Program-made: the position numbers and the translations under genes
The notes under the pieces: model-generated
The model's database searches: none
Seen by the model: only the letters and a program-made list of their open reading frames with translations
Told to the model about the DNA's origin: nothing
Origin: Lingula anatina
Lineage: Eukaryota > Animalia > Brachiopoda
DNA: 64,000 nucleotides
Direction of reading: 5' to 3'
NCBI GenBank assembly: GCA_051362555.1
Contig: CM120645.1
Span: 9,858,001 to 9,922,000 of the forward strand
Part shown: one piece after another, positions 52,167-64,000 of the stretch
How positions within the stretch are numbered: the first letter of the stretch is position 1
Layout of the letters: each line of letters opens with the position of its first letter

Positions 52167-55100
52167 TTAAACGCCAATTTCAGAGGGGATTTCACCAGAT
52201 GCAAGGTAAAATAAATCCGGTCGGGCTGTCCCGTTGAAGGAGGTTACTGCTACGATAGTGTACGCCCCCATGTTAGGCACGTACAACCAGTCTCCGATGT
52301 CCAGTTCGGGCAGTTGGATGTCGTTTGCCAGGCAGTCAATGGGGTCGAGTGTTGGACCCCACACGGTGCATTGATAGACCGGCATTTGTTTTTGGTCCTG
52401 CAATATTACACAATTGATTATACGTATGTCGTGAATTAACTCGTTTATATCTATATATCCATCGCCACTGAACAATTTTGTAGGACTTTTGTAGCCTATA
52501 TATGTATAGCAAAGGGTGTAGATGAACAGGGCAGCAAAGCTGTCAAATGTACAAAAGTTTAGGAGAAATTCATGCAGCCTTAAAACCTTGAACATTTGTA
52601 ACGAATGAAAAATTCATAAAAAATGATAAAAAAAGAAGATGGTTTTTTAAAAAGAGCCACTATTATAGCCCAACATAATTATTTGAGCAAATATAAAGAA
52701 AAAAATTTAATATGAATTGGAAATCCAATTACCAATCCCTACAAGGAATTTTTCAAAACTGTCATTGTCAAATTTCCAGTCTGACCTTGAAAATGGGCCA
52801 AAGACCATGTTCAGTGTCAGAATCAACTTCTTTACTAATGAGTTTCTGTGCAACTTGAGCCTTGCTTATATGTCTATCTTTTATGATTTAAGAAATATCC
52901 AGCCCCAAACCCTGCTAATTGCCTACAAGGCTTTGTATGTTTAAACAATTAGCAGTGTTTAAGAATGTATATTCTTTACCGTCTGAAATAATAATATCTA
53001 CTTCCATAAGTAAGACGCGGTATTAGAATTTTTATTTTCCTGAAACAAACAAGCAATGAAAATTTCATAACTTATGGAGAAAATAACCCATCAGACCGGA
53101 TTTCAAAGTCAAGATGTATTCCTATCCTTGAAATCGTTCTTGTAAGTTTGCGTACAATAAATATCATGGATTTTTCTTTATGGTGTTAATAATAATTATA
53201 GTGCAATGAATAGGGTTTCTGTCAATTTTGATGCACTATTACATAATGCTGAACAGAATAATTACCATTAAATTTAATTATATGTACTACAGAATATTCA
53301 AAAATGCATTAACACTCGTTTTCAAGTTGATGGGCCTTCAAAGTAATACTTTGAAAATACCAATGAATAAATGAAACATTCACAAAAACTGCATAACTTT
53401 AAGGAAATCATCGATCAATAAAGCCGCTATTCAACCTTGGCCTGTACTTTGGTACTATGAATAAGTTTGATATATAATAATACGTTATGTACACGCTTAT
53501 CTATTTATTGCGTTAACAATGAAAAGTGCACGGCAACGACAAACGACGTTGATGGCTGTTTGTACAGGATCATCTGAAATCACGTTGAAAACAACCAAGA
53601 ATGCCAAAACTAACATGGCGACAGATTTATATCAGTAAAGCATAGATGCTAAAACCTTAAAAATACAGAGGTACATGTAATGAGCGACTTTATAACCTCT
53701 CATGAATGAACGAGATAAAAGATCTGAAAAGCGAAATGTGTATAACCAAATCTCTTTCCACTTCAATACTTGAACATAATAGAAGAACATAAAAACATAA
53801 TAGTTTTGATTATTTACAATTATTATTCCTCTGAAATTGAAAGAAATTGGATTCTTGTGGCTATGTCTAAGCATTGGCAAGACTATCCTTTTTTATTCAG
53901 ACGTACTCTTTGGGTGGATGATATGTTAAAACATGCCCTTTGACATTTGTTAACTAAATATTTACCCAATGAAACCATACTTAAACCTAAAAAAGTGAAA
54001 CCCCATACTAAGGCTGTTTATTAACTGTCTAAAAACTTACTACATACCTTAATAACACGAAAACCTGGAATCGCTTTGTCAACCAGCACTGTGAAAAAGA
54101 ATGACCCATGAATCCCGTCATTGAGGTAGTACAAGAACGACTGTTCGTGGTCCTGTTCGGGTTGCAGGAAAAATGAGAACTCAAATTATATTATATGAAA
54201 TGAAGCAGCCACAGACACACAGACAGATTGATAGATGCATCATGTACATACACATAAACATGTAAATTGTATAAAAACAAAGAATAAACAGATTTAAATA
54301 CACGTACCATGTCCGAGGCTGCCGAGCGTAAAACTCGTTTACCGATAACTCTAAGTGCCAAGGTGAAGGCCGACTGCACGTAGTATGTTCCAGGTTCAGC
54401 AATGACAACAACATTTTCTTCCTTGGGGAAATATTCGTCCAGAGCAGTGTTTATGTCTTTGGCAACATCAGCAAATGTTGGTTTTCCTTTGACTGCATAA
54501 CCGGGGAACCCTCCACCGATGTCCAGTAAACTGAAGTTGTAGCCAATGGCTTTGGCTTCATCAAAGATCTCATGGCACAATCGTATGGTGTTTTGGTAGG
54601 CCATGGAATCAAAACAGGTGTCACCGATATGGAAACTTAAGAAAAAGTTAAGTATTCTGTTAATATTGTGAGGTACCAAAGCACAGCAAATGAAATACCG
54701 CATCAAGTATAGAAATTTACACAGTTGATTTTAGTCTCTTTGTTTATCAAAGTGGCAGCGCGGATAAATTTTCAAGCTGTAGCAATTCTAAATAAGATAA
54801 AAGAGTAATAATTTATAAACAAAGTGTGCCTACCATCAAGATTCACCTATACAAAAAAGCGGATAAAGATGTTCAAATTAAATAAGAATTAAACACGTTC
54901 GTCTTCATCAAATATGTACCGGGTTAAATTTTTAGTGTAAAGGTAGAAGCTATAAATAATAGAATGCTATAACAACTACCTGACACCCACGACCGTCAGT
55001 TTCATTTCTTTTGCCCTCACAATTAGTTCATTGCACTGGTCGAGGGCACAACCATACATCTTGCCAAATGTATACCTAGTCTTGTCAACTCGCGGGTGAA

Positions 55101-56302
55101 TGCGTAACACAAGTCTTGCGTCTGGATAGAGATTCTTTATCTTGACTAACTCATACTCGTTGTCAAAGGTCATAAGGTCGACTCCTTGTTCTGAGGCACG
55201 TTTAATGTCTTGGGGATCTTTGCAGGGATGGGCATATATAATCCGATCTGTTCCCACCCCATGGGTTAGAACCTGCTGGAATTCAGCGCTATTGGAGCAG
55301 TCAAACCCCGCCCCAAGTGCCGCAATGGTCTTCACGACTGGCTCAGTGTTGTTACATTTCACGGCGTAGAAGGGTTTGACACGTGGCATCAGTTCCACCC
55401 AGTGCCTGTGCTTGTTAACGATGTCATTCAAATTGACAATATAGAAGGGACGCTGCAATATTTATAATATAATATGAATATTAATGTGTATGTTTGATTA
55501 CTGCAGATGACACCAGCCCAAATTTAACCAAAAAGGAATGTGTTTCATATTCTTTGCTTTAATCCACGTATACATTTACATAACCAAGTCAATTAATCTG
55601 ATGGAATAGAGATACGATTGTCATTCAAATAAAAAAATCTAATGGTGCCTTCAAAAGCATGTTAGTAATTGAAGCTCGTCAATATGGGCAACTTATATTG
55701 GTGATTCTAACATGAAACACTAGTTTCGCCTTTGATCACATGAAACACTAGTTTCGCCTTTATCATATGTATTACGGCAATAGCACGGTTAGTCACTTTG
55801 AAACGATTCACTTTTTTACCATCAATGCCAAAAGAAGACAAACCAAAGAGTTGTCCAAGAGATTCAGTGGCTGAGGCCCGATTCAGAATAGGGGACTAAC
55901 TAGTCCGAGGGTCAAATATGGCCGACCCACTTGAATACTTCCCTGAGGTAGTGGATTGGACGACAAGCTTTGTAATGGGTCGCCATATTTGACCCTCGGA
56001 CTAGTAAGTCCCCTAATTTAAAGCTATTTAAGTTTCTTTCACGATCGGACCAATGAATCTTGAAAGCCTTAAACCACAACCATTTTCAACCTAAAACATA
56101 TTGATTTCATATTTAAACATGCCTTACACCACAATATTATGTTAATGCCATGTTAAAAAATCTCATGATTCTCAATTGCCGTAATTACCCTGTCTGTCTT
56201 TTCTAATATTTTTTCGTTTATAACTTGCAGTATTGCCTGGTTATTGTGACGTCCAGGAATTGGCTCAATATTTTGCGTGGTTTCAGGGCGTACTGTCGTC
56301 AT
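52167..56302 (-). CDS. Ornithine decarboxylase-like protein G, intact, 5 coding exons, ~416 aa
   Basis: Exons 56302-56189, 55452-54980, 54635-54308, 54152-54048, 52397-52167; in frame. Motifs YAVKCN, GFDCSN, SFHIGDT, LDIGGGFPG, AEPGTYY, NDGIHGSF, WGPTLDPID, NMGAYT, SFNG. Confidence 0.93.
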
Positions 56303-56997
56303 TTTGTTTTCTTAAAGATGAGCTGTTGTGGTATCTTTATCCAAATTATATTTTTAAAATCTGAAAATTAATTATAAATACAATCTTAAGATTGTTAAAA
56401 TAGATAGGCATAAAACTTACATGTAAAGTATATTAAAAACTGATTTCACAACGTAGCAAATACAATTATGTGAGGCACACCGAATGTAACACTTGCAACA
56501 ATTAATTGGAGCATGTAAATGTGAAGTGTAGTAATACATCAACAAGTAGCAATAAAAATTTTCTAGCAAACTACTGAAAATTTGTTGCCTCAAACTTTTG
56601 GTTTGCAGCAATATTGCTGCAAATTATTTATATTGCTAAGAATAAGTATTCACGCTCTTGCAAATTTGCAGCATTGTCTGTTGATAACCGAAGAGTGTGC
56701 GGCAGGCCTGATGTTTTGCTATAGGATGTGCTGACGCCTATGTATGAAAACCGGGCATAATCGTAACTGAGCGAATCATTAAGTAAAATGAAACGAAAAA
56801 TGATAAATGTACATGTATTTAAAAAACGATACCTCGTTATGATAACGTGCGACAAGATTTGTCCATGTTGAGTTGTATTATATTCTACAAGAAAAGGAAT
56901 ACACGGAAAAATAGTGTAAATATGGTTATGTATGCAGTGTGTGTATGACACCTTTTGCTTGCGTGGTCACAGTTCTGAGCACTCTTTACATGCATTA

Positions 56998-57926
56998 AGC
57001 CTGGGTCCCAAATCCACGCACGATTTTCAGGTCTTACTTTCTTAGGTTCCTCTCGTCTGGCTGGGCCGTAGCTAGATTGCAGGGAAGGAATCTAGTAATT
57101 GGTGGTTGCAATGAGTGCGCAAGGAGAAAGTGCGTCGAAAGTACGTGAGAAGCACAGCCTCCGCACGCCAGAAGTGCCTATTGCGCCTGACGGGCTTTCG
57201 CACGTATTCCGCGCGCCCCGTGAATGCAAAGTACAAGCATCGTGCACTACGTACGTTATGCGCACAAGGAGTAACGCAAATGGACGTAGGGTAGTCTTGT
57301 TGACTTCCTACGGTTGTTGCTCGTCCTGTGCACGCGAGTCTTGCGTATTGAGATGTTCTATTATTTGGGAGGGCATAAAACAGTGCATGTTTGAGGAGAT
57401 TATTATATCCGCAGCAGTGTTCAAAGATTCCTGACTTGTCCCCGATCCCTTTCTCCCCCTCTTGCTCTTTGTTGTCTTTTAAGGCATTTTTAAAACTTGA
57501 CATCAGAGGCAGAAATAACGCTTTTTCGTTCATGCCCCTCCTTTAAAACTCACGGTCCTTGCGCATATATATAGAGTGACCACTACTCGCACAACATGCA
57601 CGAAACCCGTGCGATCCACACGGTGGGCGCGTGGAAGTGAGGAGTGAGAACGTAGTGAGCAAGAAATAAGTACGTGTATCATGGGTCTTAACCACGTGCA
57701 TCGCACGCACCGTAGCCACCCAAGCGCAGTGTTGTACTTTTTCCTTTTTTTGAGAATTTGTAGACCGCACGCAGCAACTGTTGATCATGTCGAAAAATTT
57801 CTACGTGCTGTCTGTGATCTCCAAAAGTTGCACGATGACGTGCTCTTCACACACGAAATCCAACGTTTTCCCCAATTTTTTGGCCATAGACGTAGAAGCC
57901 CTTATGTTGGGTTGGGACCCCAGGTT
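56998..57926. mobile_element. Harbinger-like non-autonomous element with TTA TSD, upstream of G
   Basis: TTA|AGCCTGGGTCCCAA ... TTGGGACCCCAGGTT|TTA. Confidence 0.65.
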
Positions 57927-60639
57927 TTAGTCATTAAAACGCTGCTGTTACTCATAATAATGTACGTGTAAATAAGGTTTGTTAAGTTCAAATATTGAAC
58001 ATCAACATGCCGTAGTTTTAGTGTTTTTATACCCCAACATATATAGGCTAACTGAGAGGTCAATCTGTGTACGTTTGTATCTCTTTAAGCCATCACAGTG
58101 AATAAAATAACACACACACACACACATCTAGTATACAAAAAATAATAATAAACAAATCTGAAATATACTTTATTATTTTGCTTAGGTAAGTGTTAATTGA
58201 CTTACCGGTTAGATTATACTTGTCTTGGTTAAATTGCGTCTGTTGATAATGAATGTCTCTATCCAACAGATAATGCTAAGCTCTGCAGAAATTTTCCATT
58301 AATGGCTGTCCTCAGGCACAGTGGTGCTTTTTACCTGTATGTTTACCCGCACTGTAAAACACACGACTACAATGTATAAAATGGAGGTGCCTTTTTGCTT
58401 TACTAAATATAGAGCTCGCAGGTGACGCCGGGTGTCATGCCTGCTTTGTTGTCATAATAATGCATGCAATCCAACCTAAGTAGATATAAACACAGATACA
58501 CGATACCTATAATTCTCTCCTGATTACATTTGATTATGCCAGTATTGCATCATGAGTTCTGGGTGGCTGCTAGTAAATTGTAACACCTGTTACGGGACTA
58601 CGTTCACCGCGCGTGGACCACTGCTGATGACGTCCGACTGAGAGCAGACTATATATATATTGGGTGGAACGGATCAGTTTACTTCTCAAGTGATGGACAG
58701 AAATGCTTTAGTTTATTCGAAATTGCATAGCTGATATTCTCACTATATTTAGACAGCATTAACGATATTCCTAATGTGTTCCAACTACATTCGAGCTGCA
58801 TTTGAGAGCTAATACAATACAACCGAAAAGTGCACGAATCATTCCAGGTGGGTTCGAAGCGCATTCTGAGGTATTCTTACAGGAATTAAGGTCAATTTGA
58901 TATATTGCCCAACGAATGTGGCACGAGTTTTGAAAATTCTTCATTACGGCTCATTCTGCTTGATTTCTTCCGATTCCAAATAAGTGTGACAGGGGGCTTT
59001 ACAGTGCCTTTTGGTCTCAGTGTATTTCTTGTTGATGCTTTCATGGTGGGGGTGAGATAGTACTCTTAAACTACGCAACTGAAACTAAGAGCTATTCCAA
59101 GGTCAAGAGCTTAGAGGTTGTAAGAGGTTGACGTCACCTAACAAAGTTTTACCTGTTCTGAAGAAAAGGAAAATTATACAGCATAACATTTTTTGGTACA
59201 CATCCATGAAGGTATTTTCAGCATTGTTGTTATACCAAACTGCTATCCATGAATTCAGTATGTACATAATGGCCATTATTTGTATTTATCTTAGGCTCGA
59301 AGTCTGTATTGTATGTATATGTTTGTTTTAAATAAGATATTTTTTACAGATGTCACCCTACCAATATTGCCAATGTCTTGAATATGCTAATATTTGAACT
59401 CAGCAAGCCTCAAAACATAGAAAGACATATATTACACATCATTTTTATGTACTTTACTGTGAAAATATGGCCAAAAAGCCATTTCCCACCTTTTTTTCAC
59501 AAACAAATAGCAGGTACCAATATAAATCTTTAGCTTTGGTAAAAAATATTGTCAGATTTGTGTTCAGCAGCACAAATGGCCATTGAATCCACCTGTTTTA
59601 AAAAAAATTGTCATTTGCCCACCCGTTATGAGTGGAGTGGGTGAAAATGCCTATACGTTTAATTAAAAACATTGACGGTAAATTATGACAATCTATGTAT
59701 CATATAGTGATAGAATAAAACCACTGCAATGGAGAGGAATTGTTCCTTTGATTGATGAATTGCTCCTATGATTGATTAAGTATAAAAAAACGTTTGGAGT
59801 TGTTACAAAAAATGATATTATTAAGAAAATTATAGTAACATTGAAAGCAATTACCATGTGTCTAGTTTTCGACTTTTTAAAATCTATTTAGCAAATGTTG
59901 TAAACATAACAAATGTTGTAAAACAGCAAGTTTTTTTAAATGAAAAGTAACATCAGCTGTAGCTCGCAGGGGCCACAGAAAATGACGAGGCAAATGACAA
60001 CAGGCATATTACTTGAGCTTTATTTGAAATAGTCTCACGTTGAAACAGTCGTGTAGCTAAAACAAAGAAAATACAATTGTTACTTATTTGTCTAGTTGGT
60101 ATCACCACTTACTTCTCACATAACATCTGAGTTTATGAAAATACAATTATCAACTTGGTTATTAATTAAGAAAACTATATAATGTAAACAGAGAAATACT
60201 GGTAATATACATTATGTACAAAATTGACATAAACATCTTACCATTATGCCTCTACTGGGTAAATACATAAATAATGCCACTGCATTTCTGCACCTCTGCA
60301 CTTCTGCACTCCTCTGCAGCACACACCTAACTGACCCACACTCTCCTGGGTGTGACAACTAGGACTGTTCACTTATGCTAATGAGGTCCTTTTATTAAAG
60401 GAATGTGATAGATGTGCTTGCTCAGCATATCTGATGCAATAAACCATAAACTTTGATACAATCATTTTTTTTATTGGCTTTTTTTTGGCTTTTAAATTAG
60501 TAGAGGTTTCAAAATAATAATAATTCACTGTTTTTTTCATGTTGACAGCTTCGTTTCATATAATTTAGTAATACTATAATGTTAATTATCACGGCCACAA
60601 AAATATCAAAGCGTCTTTCAGATATAAGAACGTATAGAA

Positions 60640-60680
<41 letters not shown>

Positions 60681-61088
60681 AGTAAATATATTGTAGTATA
60701 TATAATATTAATATTATAATAGTATATAAACTAAGATATTAAAATCATTTCAAATAAATGTATGATAATAGAGTGCGTTGTTAAAAATTGACATTAGATA
60801 AATCAAAGATATCATCAAAAAATTATACAAATTCAAAATATGATTAAGAAATGAATTATGCCTCGTAAAGGCAAAATTTGCAAGGTAAATACCAGGCGCT
60901 ATCATATGGAGTTTTTTTCAATTTTAATCTGCTAGAGAAACACATTCATTACATTCAGTCGTTGTTGTAGTTCCTTTATTTTCACACGATCTTCGGATTC
61001 CAGAATATTGCTGCTGCTTGTCCCACGAACTCAGATTCCAGTTGACCTACAACTTTGTTCTTTACCGCCTGGACATCCGTCATTACGT

Positions 61089-61844
61089 CTACCAAAAGGG
61101 AATCCTTGGCGCGAACGCGCAGCCCGCTTCTATGCTCTCCCACTTGCTGTCTACACGGACCTTGTATTTAACGTACTGGCAACTGCTGCGTCCATCAAGC
61201 GAGTATTCAGAGAGACATCGTGCCCTCGGTAGTATGTAGGGTTGCCTGTATAAATTCAAACACACGTGTCAACAATTATTGAAGGCAAAACGTATATATT
61301 TTAGGCTGTGATCAAGAGGATTATGTTGGATCCAAGACCTAGGTTTGTAATTGTTGATGAGTATAGAACTACAGGGAATAAAATATTATTTAAATATCAT
61401 TTCTAGAATTCACTATGTCGTGATTTTCAAATTCTATGTTTGAAAATAAGGCAAAGGGTGTGTTCACAATGAACTTGGTAGTTCGAACTCACATCACAGG
61501 GATTTTTGCTGAATGCAATCAAATTGAGAGATTAACACTTCCCCTGGCGTTGAGCAGAATACAGAGAAGGGGGTAAGTACTCGAGTTCGTTGAAAACGAG
61601 AGGAGTGTTAATCTGTTGATCTGATTGCATTCAGCAAGAATCCCTGATTGCACTCAGCGAGAGTCCCCGTGGAGTTACAGTGTAGTGCCAATGCGAACTA
61701 CCTATATAAGTCCAACAGAAATGAAGAGCTCAAAATTTATAACTCTTCCGAAGAAACCGAAAGTCCAACATTGAATTGAAAGCAATTAGCCTAATAAGTC
61801 ATATTGCAAAGATATTGAAAGTAGTACAACAGGGAATATATATT

Positions 61845-61881
<37 letters not shown>

Positions 61882-62594
61882 TGTATGTATGTATGTATGT
61901 ATGTTTGTGTGTACAGGGGTGGATACAGGATTATTTGAGTGGGTTTTGGCTAATGCAATGCCGAACCATAATTCAGCTGGGACAATCAAGTGTACCGGAG
62001 AAGATCAGCATTGGTCAGAATTGTACCGGAAGTGACGTGTAGTGGCGTAAGACGTAAAGCTGAGTGGTCATTTTTAGCTGGAGGTGAATGGGAATGAAGA
62101 CGTGGGCTTGGAGAAAAAAGCAGTTATTCTAACAACACGGTAAGATAACATTTTATCTTTATGCTTTGGGGAAGAGAATACTTGTTGAAACAATAGCTAG
62201 CACATGATATGAAAACGTGTCACGGAACTTGAAGGTGCAAAATCATGGTTAATTTGCAGACAACTTGTTTTGAAATACATGCTGCATAAAAAAAGATACA
62301 TCTTTGCACAGCAGTCGTAGATCGGTACGATTCAGTTGTCAATTACGAACTACTTCCTGGTTTTCACAAGGTCCTTCAAAACCTCTAAAACATCATTATA
62401 ATTGCAGCACATACCATAAAACACCCAAAAATACTTAGATATGGACATATCAGATTATATAAATGTCAAAATTCTAAATGACAACGATTTATAGCCTCCC
62501 GGGAATTTTTTTTAGAAGTTGAAGGGGGGGTGGTCAGGATCCCCCTATCATCCCCTAAATCCGCCACTGATGTATGTATGTATGTATAGACAGA

Positions 62595-62648
<54 letters not shown>

Positions 62649-63940
62649 CATGGTAAACATACCTGCCAGGTTTTTCATCATAGATCATAAACCATGGGCA
62701 GTATGTCTCCGTGGTGTTGGCAAGATTGTCTCTAGGATTTATTGGCACACAAAATCCACCCTCCTTTTTGTATGTGCCCCGTCGCCCCCAAAAACCACCT
62801 TCACATCTGTGCGTGTGTCGTCGCATGGGTGACGCTATGGCTACTGCGACAACTAGTACGGCAAAGAGGTACAATCCCTGTAAAAGCAAAATGTGACAAT
62901 TGTCCGATTTTAAGATTCAGTGGTCAAGGTGTTTGTAAATTTATTCATGATTGATATTCAACGTTTTAATATATATATATATATTTTTTTTCTAATACAA
63001 CTAAATAAACTTATTTGATCTTAATTTAATACTTTAAAGCAATAATAGCTCTTCCTTTGAGATTCAAAATTCCGCATGAAATACATTGTAAACAATGCAT
63101 GGAAATATATTCTATTGTATTTTACCACTAAAACGGCCGTTATTGTAGTAAAACTAAAATCTGTGCTTGTCAATAGGGCTTTCGATGCCAATTTCCCGGT
63201 CATCAAGGCATTCGTTGCTAATAACGTAATGGTGTCACGCGGATTCTCGCGTTCATTCGAGACCAAAATAACATATGGCGCCAAACGCATTAATGCAGAC
63301 GCAGACGTAAGTTGCAAGTTTTTGTACAGTGCGTCGGATAACGAAAAGACCAGAATGGCACACATTGTGGATATTAATGTATTTTTAACAAAAAGACGAA
63401 TATATCTCATGAATCTTATATAGTGTTGTTGTTGTCTGCTTTTCCCGCGGTTTTAAGTAGGTCAACAGTGACTATGCGATGTCAGAGAGAGCTCCGTCAG
63501 TTAAAATCTCTTAAGAGATTTTAACAAAAAAACTGACGTTTAGGAAAAAAACCCTGGATTAACTTTGAATGCAGGAATGGGGTCGTTGACCATTGGTAAG
63601 TACGGGAAAATTGCCGTTTTTTTCCGGGAAAATCCAATTTTTGGCCAAAACGAAGAGTTATTATGACTTTAAGTCGTTTTTCCAGCCGACTTAAAGTGAC
63701 AAACACTCATTCAACGTCAAGTAACATAACATACACCACTTCTTGATTTAAAAGTCAAAATAATTGTTAAACTGTTCATGGTTGATATACAGCGTTATTT
63801 GAAATACGCCTTGTTTGAGGGAGAGCAACACTTTTTGATCATATCTTCACAGATTTATATGTCATGAATTAATGTCGAGAAAAATTATTCAAATTTACTC
63901 CGACGACTTCTGACGAACATCGTCGCCTGTGACCCGCCAT
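61089..63940 (-). CDS. Secreted IL-17-like / cystine-knot protein, copy 2 (~137 aa, 3 coding exons)
   Basis: Exons 63940-63899 (MAGHRRRCSSEVVG, candidate), 62877-62663, 61245-61089. Core TYCPWFMIYDEKPGRQPYILPRARCLSEYSLDGRSSCQYVKYKVRVDSKWESIEAGCAFAPRIPFW*. Both coding length differences from copy 1 are +9 bp. Confidence 0.78.
63038..63668. mobile_element. Kolobok-like non-autonomous element with TTAA TSD in intron 1 of IL-17-like copy 2
   Basis: TTAA|AGCAATAATAGCTCTTC ... GAAGAGTTATTATGACT|TTAA; block 1 has a single TTAA at the empty site (35419-35422). Confidence 0.75.
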
Positions 63941-64000
63941 GCCAGTTTTAAATTGCCGCGGGGTACGGGAGTCGGTGCGAAAACTGAGCTCGAAGTGATG

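Larger units (their letters stand above)
40348..64000. repeat. Segmental duplication, block 2 (continues past the window end)
   Basis: Collinear with 10259-35750; carries the intact ODC-like genes E and G and IL-17-like copy 2. Confidence 0.92.

Noticed and set aside
57072-57971. Overlapping ORFs up to 153 aa (also 23850-24275 and 63021-63423)
   Set aside because: Lie within non-autonomous elements, show no transposase or other motifs, and are not conserved between blocks.

Overview
AT-rich, intron-containing animal genomic DNA; the repeat types and gene content suggest a marine invertebrate, but the species cannot be called from sequence alone. All genes lie on the minus strand. The window holds a tandem array of seven ornithine-decarboxylase-like (fold-type III PLP) loci. 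Three are intact 5-exon genes (A 3226-6189, E 45372-49321, G 52167-56302) and four are pseudogenes or relics (B, C, D, F). Two copies of a small secreted IL-17/cystine-knot-like gene (26835-35690, 61089-63940) sit beside them. Most of this arises from a ~25-30 kb segmental duplication (~10259-35750 vs ~40348-64000+). The intact ODC-like proteins keep the PLP lysine (YAVKCN), GGG loop and MGAY, but all replace the catalytic Cys360 with Leu and also carry R277T and Y323H. Their substrate-specificity loops differ between copies, so they may be a non-canonical enzyme or antizyme-inhibitor-like family. The IL-17-like proteins appear to have lost the C3-C6 knot disulfide pair. Introns and intergenic DNA carry many non-autonomous transposons (Helentron-, CACTA-, Academ-, Kolobok- and Harbinger-like), two internal satellite arrays and LINE fragments. 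An unidentified ORF runs off the left edge. Gene models were spliced by hand from GT-AG sites and frame continuity.
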